Below, piece after piece: positions 46,596 to 55,933 of a DNA stretch of 64,000 nt (positions within the stretch are counted from its first letter, which is position 1; every line of letters starts with the position of its first letter). The notes beneath the pieces are model-generated. The model did no database searches. It was not told the origin of the DNA and worked only from the letters and a program-made list of their open reading frames with translations. The position numbers and the translations under genes are program-made. Origin of the DNA: a virus; UHGV virus genome UHGV-1358930; one strand, written 5' to 3'.

Positions 46596-48483
46596 TTTGC
46601 CTGAAAAGATAAAATCTATATATGACTCTGTTTCAGAAGCAGAAAAAGCATATTTGAGAAAAATACTAGAAGAGTTAGCAGAAACCGGATATTCTAGTAC
46701 ATACGAAAACATCTGGTTGACCGATTTTAAATCCGTACCCGTAGACATAGATACATTTGTTTGCGATCCTTATTATTTAGGTTCCGTGAATAGAAATGGT
46801 GACGCTGTATATCCGTTTTGGCGTAAAACATTACGAGAAATCTTCAGTGCAGGTAACAAGTACAACGAAATCATATTGAGCGGCGCAACTCGTATCGGTA
46901 AGTCATCAACAGCCATTATCATAATGGCCTACATGTTGTATCGATTGATGATGTACAGAAACCCACATACATACTTTCAGAAAAAGGAGATATCAAAATT
47001 TTCTATTGTATTTGCAAACTTGACTAAAGACCTAGCATTAGGTGTTGCTTACAGAGAATTTCAAGATACATTAAGAGCATCACCGTTTTTCAATGAGCAT
47101 GGATCATTCACCAGAAGTGACCGAAATTTCTACTATGTACCAGAGGGTAATAATATAGAAATAATTGCCGTATCTGATGGCGCACAGGCATTGGGAAAGC
47201 AGGTATGGGCAGTTTTCATCGACGAAATCTCGTTTGCACGGTCTGGTGTAAAAGATATCAACAAAGCAAAAGAACACATGAAGAGGCTGTATGATACAGT
47301 CAATGCTCGTGTTTCTGGTACGTTTAGATTGGGTGGAGAGGTGTATGGAAAGCTAATTGCCGGTTCCTCGAAGAATCAAGACAATGACTTTTTGTCTACA
47401 CATATAGAAACTCAGCTGAATTCTGGTAATACTCATTTGTATATTGTAGATCAGCCTCAATGGAAAATACTACCGCCCTCGATGTTTAGTGAAAAGAAAT
47501 TTCATTTCACGGTTGGTGACAGATACAAACGAGGGTTTGTGATTCCAGAAGAGAACGATGACGATGCTCACATTCAAGAATACATCTCGCAAGGGTACAA
47601 GATAGTTGAAGCACCTGCAGAATTAAGACGAAATTTCCTCGCTGACTATGATATATCTTTGAGAGATATTGCAGGTATAAGTGTTGTAGGTGCGATGGGA
47701 TTTATAACACAAGATGCAATCACACCAATTGTTTCTCAAGATAGGCATAATCCCTTCTATACCGATACAATACAGATTGGTACACGAGATAATTCTTCTA
47801 TTGAACAGTACTTTCATGTAGAATCAGTGCCAAGCAATCTAAAAAACTGCTATATGGCTATACATCTCGATTTAGCTGAAATCAGTGACCGTCAGGGTAT
47901 ATGCGGAGTATGCGTAGATGGAAACAAAGTAGTTGAAGACATAAACGGGAAGAAAGTATCTTTACCATTTTATAGAGAAATTTTCTGTGTTGGTATAGAA
48001 GCCCCTAAAGGCGATAGAATGTCTTATCAGAAAGTAGTAAATTTTCTGCTATGGCTCAGACGACAGGGATTCAACATAGGTGTTGTATCTACTGACCAAT
48101 TTCAGTCTAGCTACATGCGAGAGATGCTATCTCAGCAAGGATTCAACACTAAGAAAATTTCTGTTGATAGGTCAATGGAGCCTTACATAGGATTGAAAAA
48201 TGTCATATATGATCAACGCATAGAACTTATCAAACATCAGCTACAAGAAGACGAACTAGTTAACTTAAAGCGAATGAATAACAAATTTGACCACGATTCT
48301 GAACATTCAAAGGATTGCTCCGATGCATTGTGCGGCGCAATCTGGGACTTAGTCGAAGAGAAGGTAACACCTACACCAGCACCCAAATCTATAGCTAAGA
48401 CGATAGCAAGTATAAATGGTAGACACGCCACTAATCGAAGCAATATAGCTGGATTTAATTTTCCAGTTATTAAACACTATTAA
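46579..48483 (+). CDS. terL: Terminase large subunit
   Basis: Walker A SGATRIGKSST. Walker B VFIDEISFA. C-terminal nuclease region with conserved acidic residues (DHDSEHSKDCSDALCGAIWD). RBS GGAGGTG before the ATG at 46579. Confidence 0.8.
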   Translation: MNLPADLPEKIKSIYDSVSEAEKAYLRKILEELAETGYSSTYENIWLTDFKSVPVDIDTFVCDPYYLGSVNRNGDAVYPFWRKTLREIFSAGNKYNEIILSGATRIGKSSTAIIIMAYMLYRLMMYRNPHTYFQKKEISKFSIVFANLTKDLALGVAYREFQDTLRASPFFNEHGSFTRSDRNFYYVPEGNNIEIIAVSDGAQALGKQVWAVFIDEISFARSGVKDINKAKEHMKRLYDTVNARVSGTFRLGGEVYGKLIAGSSKNQDNDFLSTHIETQLNSGNTHLYIVDQPQWKILPPSMFSEKKFHFTVGDRYKRGFVIPEENDDDAHIQEYISQGYKIVEAPAELRRNFLADYDISLRDIAGISVVGAMGFITQDAITPIVSQDRHNPFYTDTIQIGTRDNSSIEQYFHVESVPSNLKNCYMAIHLDLAEISDRQGICGVCVDGNKVVEDINGKKVSLPFYREIFCVGIEAPKGDRMSYQKVVNFLLWLRRQGFNIGVVSTDQFQSSYMREMLSQQGFNTKKISVDRSMEPYIGLKNVIYDQRIELIKHQLQEDELVNLKRMNNKFDHDSEHSKDCSDALCGAIWDLVEEKVTPTPAPKSIAKTIASINGRHATNRSNIAGFNFPVIKHY

Positions 48484-48501
48484 ATATAAGGAGTCGATAA
48501 A

Positions 48502-50031
48502 ATGTTCGTAAGAAACTGTCTACGCGCAGGAGACTATCTAGTACCAATCCCTTATGGAGTTCCTGTAACTTTGGAGTACGACGACGGGAAACTAAGTAAA
48601 ATCTACAGATACTATGATGATGAAAAACAAGCTGTATCAACAGAGGACTATACAACATACTCCCAGCTTGAGGGTGTAGTAAAGAAAGTTCCTATAAAAG
48701 TAGGAAGAACTTGGGTCAGAGGAGTACTATATTCTGGCTACCATGCAAAATGCGGAGGATACGTGCCTGCCGATGTAATGGCTGATCTATCAGAAGACGT
48801 GAAGGCATCAAAAAACTACAAATTCTACGCAGCTGATGTACTCAGTAACTCTACCGCATTTCATGGTGCGGGTCCAGTTCGTCAGTGGCTTAAGATGGCA
48901 GGGTTTACAATTATTGCAGGGCAGCTAGTTCCAGCTAATGTTGATCAGAAAATATTTGACCAGATGTGGGATAGTAGATATCCATTTGAATATCCTTTGA
49001 TGACGTACTATTTCATCTGGAGAGGTTCCGATACATTGATCGTAAATACATTTTTACTTCAGGAAGTTTGTAAAAGTGTGTCAAAGTATCTCACTGAAGA
49101 TGGTCTATTGCGCGGTAAAGTATCATGCGAAACTGGAAATACCATAGATCTAGATTATTATCAGATATATAAATACAATATTCACAAGGGCGTAACATTC
49201 ATAATGAATGCTAACCATATTGTATATAGTTCTTGTAATGATAAACAAGCTGGTATAACATGCTCAGTTTGCGGAAAACGATATGTTCCAACTCAATTCT
49301 GTCATTGCGATGATACACATTGCCTATCATTAAAATTTAAAACTGCTAACAACTTGTTGTCTGCTTTTAACGCGCATCCAATCACGTTCGACAGATATAA
49401 ACAGCTGATAAAGAACAAAGAGATTCTTTGCGTAGGAGATGTATTGAATACAGATGAATATTTAGAGTACAGTTTAGAAACTTCTCTATATGCCATTCTT
49501 CGTGCGCTAATTGACATCGACATTGTTAGAAATGATGATCTGATAACGTCATTTGTCAACTATTGTAACAACAACATAGACAGCTTAAAGTATTATATGG
49601 ATAATCCAGATAGAGCAGTAGTTGATTTTGATCTAGATGAATCCAAGTATTTTGATCTATTGAATTGGTTCAAAGATGCACAAAATGTGCAAGATGTGGT
49701 CAATGTTATCGACAACCCAAGATATAATGCGTCTTACGTAAATAAGCTGTTTGATGGCCCGCCTATCTTTAGAGATAAGAAGATCTATATCACGGGTAAA
49801 TTCAAGCACGGCAGCACAAATGATATAATCAGCATCTTCAACAGTTACGGCGCAGCGACTACAAATACATTCGATACAGATGTAAATTGTGTAGTAATTG
49901 GAGATATGCTAGAAAATATCGATGGTCGTAGCGTAAAATATGCTAGAAATATGAACATCCCTATTTTCTCTGAAGAGAAAATGTTCGATCTGTATGATAT
50001 TGATGCGGATATACAGCAGAACCTTCAATAG
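48502..50031 (+). CDS. Hypothetical protein (509 aa)
   Basis: RBS AAGGAG. Lies between terL and the portal candidate. Cys/His-rich segment CSVCGKRYVPTQFCHCDDTHC. Confidence 0.5.
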   Translation: MFVRNCLRAGDYLVPIPYGVPVTLEYDDGKLSKIYRYYDDEKQAVSTEDYTTYSQLEGVVKKVPIKVGRTWVRGVLYSGYHAKCGGYVPADVMADLSEDVKASKNYKFYAADVLSNSTAFHGAGPVRQWLKMAGFTIIAGQLVPANVDQKIFDQMWDSRYPFEYPLMTYYFIWRGSDTLIVNTFLLQEVCKSVSKYLTEDGLLRGKVSCETGNTIDLDYYQIYKYNIHKGVTFIMNANHIVYSSCNDKQAGITCSVCGKRYVPTQFCHCDDTHCLSLKFKTANNLLSAFNAHPITFDRYKQLIKNKEILCVGDVLNTDEYLEYSLETSLYAILRALIDIDIVRNDDLITSFVNYCNNNIDSLKYYMDNPDRAVVDFDLDESKYFDLLNWFKDAQNVQDVVNVIDNPRYNASYVNKLFDGPPIFRDKKIYITGKFKHGSTNDIISIFNSYGAATTNTFDTDVNCVVIGDMLENIDGRSVKYARNMNIPIFSEEKMFDLYDIDADIQQNLQ

Positions 50032-50050
50032 AAGAAAGTAGGTGACATAG

Positions 50051-51544
50051 TTGGCAAATAAGTGGATTGAACGATTTAGACCTAAGCCGAATAAGCCGGT
50101 TGTATCTTACTTGAGAAGTGTGCTGTCTGGTTCTTTTTTCAAGATGTCAGATATCCGAAGGAACTCGGCAATTGACGACATAAAGAGTAGAATAGTTGCT
50201 ATGCGAGCTCTTGCAAATGATTCTCAAGTAGCTACAGCATTATCTTACTACGCTACAGATGCAACAATTCCTAATAGTGATGGTCAGATAATTTGGGCTG
50301 TACCTATTGACAAAAAATCTAAAGATGCTGCAGACATCGTGAATGACCTATTCAACCGATGGAATATAAACAGCTATGCTAGAGATCATATTTTAGAGTT
50401 GGCAACTGTTGGTAACTTGTATCTACCTACTACCGATATCTATAAAGAACCTTTATCGTTTTATCGAAGAGAAAACATAGCACTAGACAATAATACTATC
50501 CCAGACGCTGGGTACGATATAGTACCCTCATATAAACTACGTCCTGAAGACATTATACATCTATTTTATCGAGGTGTAGATGAAGGTTATCTGTATCAAC
50601 CGGATTCATCTGATGCATCTTCAGTAATACGATACCCGAGCTCTTCTGTTATCCATTTTTCATTAGGAGGACTACTAGGAGATTATACTATTAGATTAAA
50701 AACTTCTGACGGTGATACAAAGGACTATGACATTAAATTTGCTAGCCCGCTCATGGAACAAGCTGCACAGCCCACCCAGACTTTAGGCTTGTTAGAAGAC
50801 GCGCTGCTACTATCATCCTTGACTCGCGTAGTTAGATTCATCAATGTAGAATGTGGATCTTCAGAAGAAACTGAACAACGAGATGCACTCCAGATAATTA
50901 AAGATGCAATTGAACAGCAGCTTTCTCTTAATACATTGAATGGAGATGCGCAAAGCTATGTCAATCCTCAATCTCCTAATAATTTAATATTTCTGCCTAA
51001 AATCAACGGCCAGGATGCTATCTCGATTACGGATTTAAACATGTCAGATACATCTGAATCGGATTCTAAGCTTCTAGAGCATTATCAAGATAAGAAATTG
51101 TCTGTGTTAGGTGTACCTAAGGAAGCAATGAACTTTTCCTCTAATGAAGGTCTAGGCGGAGCTGGATCTGTATTGTCACAAAGATCTGCACTGTATGCCA
51201 ATTCTTTACAGCGTCTAGAAACTGCGTATATTTCTGGCTGGACTGATGCAATAAATAAATATTTTATGGCTAGAAACATGTCTGGATTTGTAAACAAATT
51301 TAAGCTTCATATGCAGCCTATAATCACTACGATGTCTACTGTAGTATCTGAAAAGCGTGATGCTTCCGTCAGTCAGGCTCAAAATCTCATCAGCTTACTT
51401 CAGTCTATTAAAGTTGACGGTAACGAACCATATCTGAAAGCGATTCAAGAAGCGCTTAAAGAATCATTCCCACAGCTCGGATCGCAGATAATGTCCTGGT
51501 CTATAGAGCCGGAAGAGAACGGAGGCAACGAAGGTGGCTTCTAA
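50051..51544 (+). CDS. Portal protein candidate
   Basis: 497 aa at the position immediately downstream of the terminase. Assigned by order and size only; no motif verified. Confidence 0.4.
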   Translation: MANKWIERFRPKPNKPVVSYLRSVLSGSFFKMSDIRRNSAIDDIKSRIVAMRALANDSQVATALSYYATDATIPNSDGQIIWAVPIDKKSKDAADIVNDLFNRWNINSYARDHILELATVGNLYLPTTDIYKEPLSFYRRENIALDNNTIPDAGYDIVPSYKLRPEDIIHLFYRGVDEGYLYQPDSSDASSVIRYPSSSVIHFSLGGLLGDYTIRLKTSDGDTKDYDIKFASPLMEQAAQPTQTLGLLEDALLLSSLTRVVRFINVECGSSEETEQRDALQIIKDAIEQQLSLNTLNGDAQSYVNPQSPNNLIFLPKINGQDAISITDLNMSDTSESDSKLLEHYQDKKLSVLGVPKEAMNFSSNEGLGGAGSVLSQRSALYANSLQRLETAYISGWTDAINKYFMARNMSGFVNKFKLHMQPIITTMSTVVSEKRDASVSQAQNLISLLQSIKVDGNEPYLKAIQEALKESFPQLGSQIMSWSIEPEENGGNEGGF

Positions 51545-51878
51545 TTCAGAACTAATTAAATTGTTTTTTTACGACTTAAAGACATATAATTCTAGTAACT
51601 TCAGAACGCTAGAGCATGCGGATCTAACATCTCAATCACCTACAGTATTTAAGTCTTGTAGTAGTGTAGTAACACGATATTTCATATTTAAGGAACGTCA
51701 TCCTGAGTTTTCTGATGAAGATATGCGATTGCTATACTACAGATTAGGAATTGATCAAATTGCTAGATATTTTTCTGAGTACCCTTCCGCTTGTATAGAA
51801 GATCTAAAACCATTCCAGCAACAGCTTATCTGCCATGTAGAGCGTGAAAAGCGAGCTGAATCTAATGAGGTGAATTGA
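51534..51878 (+). CDS. Hypothetical protein
   Basis: 114 aa, overlapping and coupled. Confidence 0.45.
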   Translation: MASNSELIKLFFYDLKTYNSSNFRTLEHADLTSQSPTVFKSCSSVVTRYFIFKERHPEFSDEDMRLLYYRLGIDQIARYFSEYPSACIEDLKPFQQQLICHVEREKRAESNEVN

Positions 51879-51882
51879 CATC

Positions 51883-52509
51883 ATGCCTGCTCCATTACGG
51901 TATAGAATATCCAAACTAGATGATTTACCTAAATGTGTATCAAACAACAGCAGAGATCTGAAAATAAATGTAACAAATTTTCTGCAGAATGATATATTAG
52001 TAGGAAAACGAATCTCCATCCTTCATAGTAGATTCGGAGTGTTGTTTGCATGTACACTGAATTGTCATGGTAATCTTGTATCTGTAATGGACAATGGAAT
52101 TGATCCAGATATTTCGTTATCGGATATTTTGAAGCAGTTTGCTAAGTTTGGATTCTTGATTGAGTACAGACCAGATAGCCAGTTGTCTGGAGATCAGTTA
52201 ACATATCTTATTAGCATCTCTAACTTAAACTACGACAAAATCCGGATAATGAATGTGTACGAATACAATAAAGTGGGTGAACGTATTAACACTCAATATG
52301 TTGTAGCATTCATGTCAATGTGCAATCCTTACTGGTTAAACGCTAACTATTCTTGTTCTATGAGTGAGTTCAAAGAGAGGCTTGCACATGGATCTGTAGC
52401 AAATTTAACTAGAGTTAGTCAAGATAACAATTATGATTGGTCTTGGTTACAAAACAGTGTAGCAAACATTCAGGATATTCTAGATAATAATTCGAGGTGT
52501 CTAGAATGA
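51883..52509 (+). CDS. Hypothetical protein
   Basis: 208 aa. Confidence 0.5.
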   Translation: MPAPLRYRISKLDDLPKCVSNNSRDLKINVTNFLQNDILVGKRISILHSRFGVLFACTLNCHGNLVSVMDNGIDPDISLSDILKQFAKFGFLIEYRPDSQLSGDQLTYLISISNLNYDKIRIMNVYEYNKVGERINTQYVVAFMSMCNPYWLNANYSCSMSEFKERLAHGSVANLTRVSQDNNYDWSWLQNSVANIQDILDNNSRCLE

Positions 52510-53042
52510 GCAAAAATCTAATCGGAAAAGATATTATAATGATGCGGAAGCGTTATGCCGAAGCGTTACATATGCAAGGAGTACCTTGTAGATATCAATT
52601 TCCTATACTACCTGACACAAATCAGAATGGCGAGCCTGTAGTTGATAGCTACTCTGACATGATTGATACTTATATATTCTTTGAAGGTTCTCCTAAAATA
52701 AAGACATTCAAGCGAATGGGGTGGGTAGTTGAAAATGATTCAGATCTACCATTCCTCATTCATTGTAGCTTTGATTTACCAAACCTGCAGAAAGATTCTA
52801 TATTCAGAATAGCTGGACAGTATAGTGATGTAGATGAGAGGGTGTTTCGTGTAACACAGCTTTCTTACGATATACAAGCACCTGATCATATTGTATGCCA
52901 AGTAATTCCTGTATACGATAACAACATCGTAGGACGAACTGATAAGGAAGTAGAAAACACGTTCAATACTTCAAATCATTTCATAACGCAGCCGATCGAC
53001 TACAGAGGTAAATATATCAGTGAGCAACCTGGAGAGCGGTGA
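52497..53042 (+). CDS. Hypothetical protein
   Basis: 181 aa, coupled. Confidence 0.5.
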   Translation: MSRMSKNLIGKDIIMMRKRYAEALHMQGVPCRYQFPILPDTNQNGEPVVDSYSDMIDTYIFFEGSPKIKTFKRMGWVVENDSDLPFLIHCSFDLPNLQKDSIFRIAGQYSDVDERVFRVTQLSYDIQAPDHIVCQVIPVYDNNIVGRTDKEVENTFNTSNHFITQPIDYRGKYISEQPGER

Positions 53043-53047
53043 GATAA

Positions 53048-53641
53048 GTGATATATCTATACGACAAATCTATATGCGATGATCTAAGGCGATCATTCAA
53101 TCCTAATAATATGCCGAATCCCGTTGTTAAGGTTGTTGACACCTCAGACTTCTTGTCTATAGGAGCTCAAGTAAAAGACGATAAGCTTTCTTTTCCTATA
53201 GTAGGGTTGAATCGACCGGATAACTATGAAATAGATACAGATCGTACAAATTTTACTTTGATGCATTCAGGGTGTGTAGTCGCTTTTGATGATAAAGAAA
53301 ACAATCTATACAATGAACAGGTTATTCCAATAAAACAAAATTATGATCTACATGTACTTGCAACCAATCAAGCCGATATGGACGAAATACTTCGAGAGCT
53401 GATATTCAAGTACACTAACATGTATTTCTTGACTATAAAACTTCCATATGAAGTGAATAGGAAGATTCGTTTTGGTCTAGTGATTGATGGGCAGGTAGAA
53501 CGAACGTCTGGATATTCACAATATGCCGAATCGGGTACATTATATGAATCGGTGATTCCACTGCGAACAGAAGGACTTGTGCTAGTTAACTACAAGCCAA
53601 TACGTCTAACTAGAAATGAGTATCAAATAGAGTTCAATTAA
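53048..53641 (+). CDS. Hypothetical protein
   Basis: 197 aa, followed by a strong terminator. Confidence 0.5.
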   Translation: MIYLYDKSICDDLRRSFNPNNMPNPVVKVVDTSDFLSIGAQVKDDKLSFPIVGLNRPDNYEIDTDRTNFTLMHSGCVVAFDDKENNLYNEQVIPIKQNYDLHVLATNQADMDEILRELIFKYTNMYFLTIKLPYEVNRKIRFGLVIDGQVERTSGYSQYAESGTLYESVIPLRTEGLVLVNYKPIRLTRNEYQIEFN

Positions 53642-53653
53642 GTGTAGCAAGTA

Positions 53654-53693
53654 AACGAAGACGCACATTGTGATGCGTCTTCGTTGTTTTATT
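53654..53693 (+). terminator. Rho-independent terminator
   Basis: AACGAAGACGCA-cattgtga-TGCGTCTTCGTT 12-bp stem followed by GTTTTATT. Confidence 0.7.
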
Positions 53694-53748
53694 GAACTGC
53701 TATAACAGAACCTGAACCTTGTATACTTCTAGAAAGAGGTGAATACTG

Positions 53749-54015
53749 TTGATATATTATAAGAATACATCATCTAGATCACTTACATTTTACAATGTAA
53801 CTTTTGGTCCAGGGGACATCAAACCTGTTCCGGATTACATAAATAGATCATGCATGATTAGATGCGATGAACCCAAGCAAACTTCTCCTAAGCCTAAGGC
53901 CGCAGCTGAAAAGCATGCATCTACAAAATCATCTGCCGTAGTAGATGTAAAGTTCAAATCTGATAAACAAATTGAGCAAGGAGGAAATGCTAATGGCTCA
54001 GATAAATATTTCTGA
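53749..54015 (+). CDS. Hypothetical small protein (TTG start)
   Basis: 88 aa, RBS GAGGTGAATAC. Overlaps the next gene start. Confidence 0.4.
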   Translation: MIYYKNTSSRSLTFYNVTFGPGDIKPVPDYINRSCMIRCDEPKQTSPKPKAAAEKHASTKSSAVVDVKFKSDKQIEQGGNANGSDKYF

Positions 54016-55861
54016 AATTAGTCAAAATTATAGCTATAACATTGGTACAAACACATACTGCTGTGTAGCAATGCCTATTACAGCGTGTTGGGGACCTGGG
54101 TACGTTGATCCAACGTCAGCAGGAATTACTGAAGACGAACTCATGGATGAGCTACGCTGGGAGAGATTCAACGCAACTCAGCAAGGTCTAGAAAGCTTTG
54201 TATCTACTTACAGAGGCCCTGCGTCACTGTATAGATCTGCGAAAGATTATTCATATCAAATGGCAATGACGCTTCTTACTGCTGGATATGACGTACTTAT
54301 CTGTCGTGTGTGCCCGGGTACATCTGCTCAAGGCGAGCTTAAAATTCAGGACGAGAACAAGCTCACTATCAAGGCCAAGTACGCTGGCACGTTTGGTAAC
54401 AATCTTCGTTGCACATTCAAAAAGCTCAACTCTATATTCCTAGTAGATGGAAAAGCGCAGAGAGTGAACTATTGGAACTGCATTGTATATGTGCTAGATT
54501 CTTCTGGTACAAAGACAGCAGTTGAGAATCTAAGCTTTGTATTTGAGTCTAGGAATTCTAACGACTCACTATATCATATTTCTGAAATTGACTCTAATTT
54601 CATTACATTTGCCGGATACGATGAACTCAAAGATTCATTGACACTTGACGGATCTGTATCTATCGACCTTGCAAACGGTTCAGACGTTGCTAACCCTAAA
54701 ACCGCACAAGAAATGATTACAGCTGCAACAGAGTTAGCAAAAACTCGTTATAGCAAAGTATATACCGATATAAGTAATGTTTCTTATCTGACAAAGCTGT
54801 CTAGCTTGAACATTTCTGATATAAATAAAGCTGCTGCTATTCAATATAGAGAATGGTGCTGTACTGCAGCATATTCCGTATTTGAAAAGCTCAAGGATAA
54901 GTTGTCATACAACTACAATAGAGTAATTGTTCCAGGTTGGGATGATCAGGATTTCTCCGCTGTAGTACCTGATTACGTATACAATGATGTAGATACAAAC
55001 TTCGTGCTATCTCCTCTCCATATCCGATTGATGGATGTCGCATACAACAGCCGTTGTGGCACCGCATACATTGATATCCCGAAGAGTCTTCCTAGATCTC
55101 GTGTATGGAACGAAGACGATAGTAAGGAAGGATATGCACAGAAGCTCGCTAGATATGTACCTACAAACAACGCATACGACCTAAACGCAAGCTTGTATAC
55201 TTCACATTCTGCTTTATTTGCTCCTTGGGGACATTATACATATGTCGGAACTTCCAAGCAGAACGTCGCATCTCCTTCGTTCATGGCTTTGATGATTGAA
55301 AGAGCAATGATTCTAAATCAGGCAAGCCAGTATGAATGGGCACTACCTACAACAAGAAAACATACACTTAAGATCGGCAAGCTCGATTATAGCGTAACAA
55401 AGCATCTGCTTGATGACTGGCAGGGTGAAGAAGGCGTAGGTGTAAACGTAATCACAGATATTCCAGATATGGGTATGAGTCTGTGGGGAAATAGCACATT
55501 GTTCGAAGTTCCTGTTGGAACCTATCAAGCTCTTGCAAATCTATCAACTCGTAAGCTAATGAACGCTGTTGAAGATCAGGCATACAGATGCGGAATTAAC
55601 ATCACATTCCAGTACAACAACGAGCAAGCATATAGTAGTTTCTACGCTGGTATGACCCCACTGCTGGACACAATGAAAAATATCGGTGCTATCAACGACT
55701 ACTACATGGTCATGTCAGCTGATATCAACGGCACCGATAGGGTGCGCTTGAATAGTATTCTAGGTACTCTGTATTTAACAGTTTCAGGCGTGGTAAACAC
55801 GATCAACTTGGATCTTATCGCACTTCCTAGTACGGTGAATCTAGACGACTACAGGGCATAA
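53993..55861 (+). CDS. Major structural protein candidate (capsid or sheath)
   Basis: RBS AAGGAGG 8 nt before the ATG at 53993. 622 aa. Flanked by strong terminators on both sides, as expected of a highly expressed structural gene. No family motif verified. Confidence 0.45.
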   Translation: MAQINISEISQNYSYNIGTNTYCCVAMPITACWGPGYVDPTSAGITEDELMDELRWERFNATQQGLESFVSTYRGPASLYRSAKDYSYQMAMTLLTAGYDVLICRVCPGTSAQGELKIQDENKLTIKAKYAGTFGNNLRCTFKKLNSIFLVDGKAQRVNYWNCIVYVLDSSGTKTAVENLSFVFESRNSNDSLYHISEIDSNFITFAGYDELKDSLTLDGSVSIDLANGSDVANPKTAQEMITAATELAKTRYSKVYTDISNVSYLTKLSSLNISDINKAAAIQYREWCCTAAYSVFEKLKDKLSYNYNRVIVPGWDDQDFSAVVPDYVYNDVDTNFVLSPLHIRLMDVAYNSRCGTAYIDIPKSLPRSRVWNEDDSKEGYAQKLARYVPTNNAYDLNASLYTSHSALFAPWGHYTYVGTSKQNVASPSFMALMIERAMILNQASQYEWALPTTRKHTLKIGKLDYSVTKHLLDDWQGEEGVGVNVITDIPDMGMSLWGNSTLFEVPVGTYQALANLSTRKLMNAVEDQAYRCGINITFQYNNEQAYSSFYAGMTPLLDTMKNIGAINDYYMVMSADINGTDRVRLNSILGTLYLTVSGVVNTINLDLIALPSTVNLDDYRA

Positions 55862-55883
55862 CTCATATAACAAATCGTTAAAA

Positions 55884-55917
55884 TAGACGAGGAGTCATTT
55901 CCTCGTCTATATTTATG
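55884..55917 (+). terminator. Rho-independent terminator
   Basis: TAGACGAGGA-gtcatt-TCCTCGTCTA 10-bp stem followed by TATTTATG. Confidence 0.65.
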
Positions 55918-55933
55918 TTGAGGTAATATATTG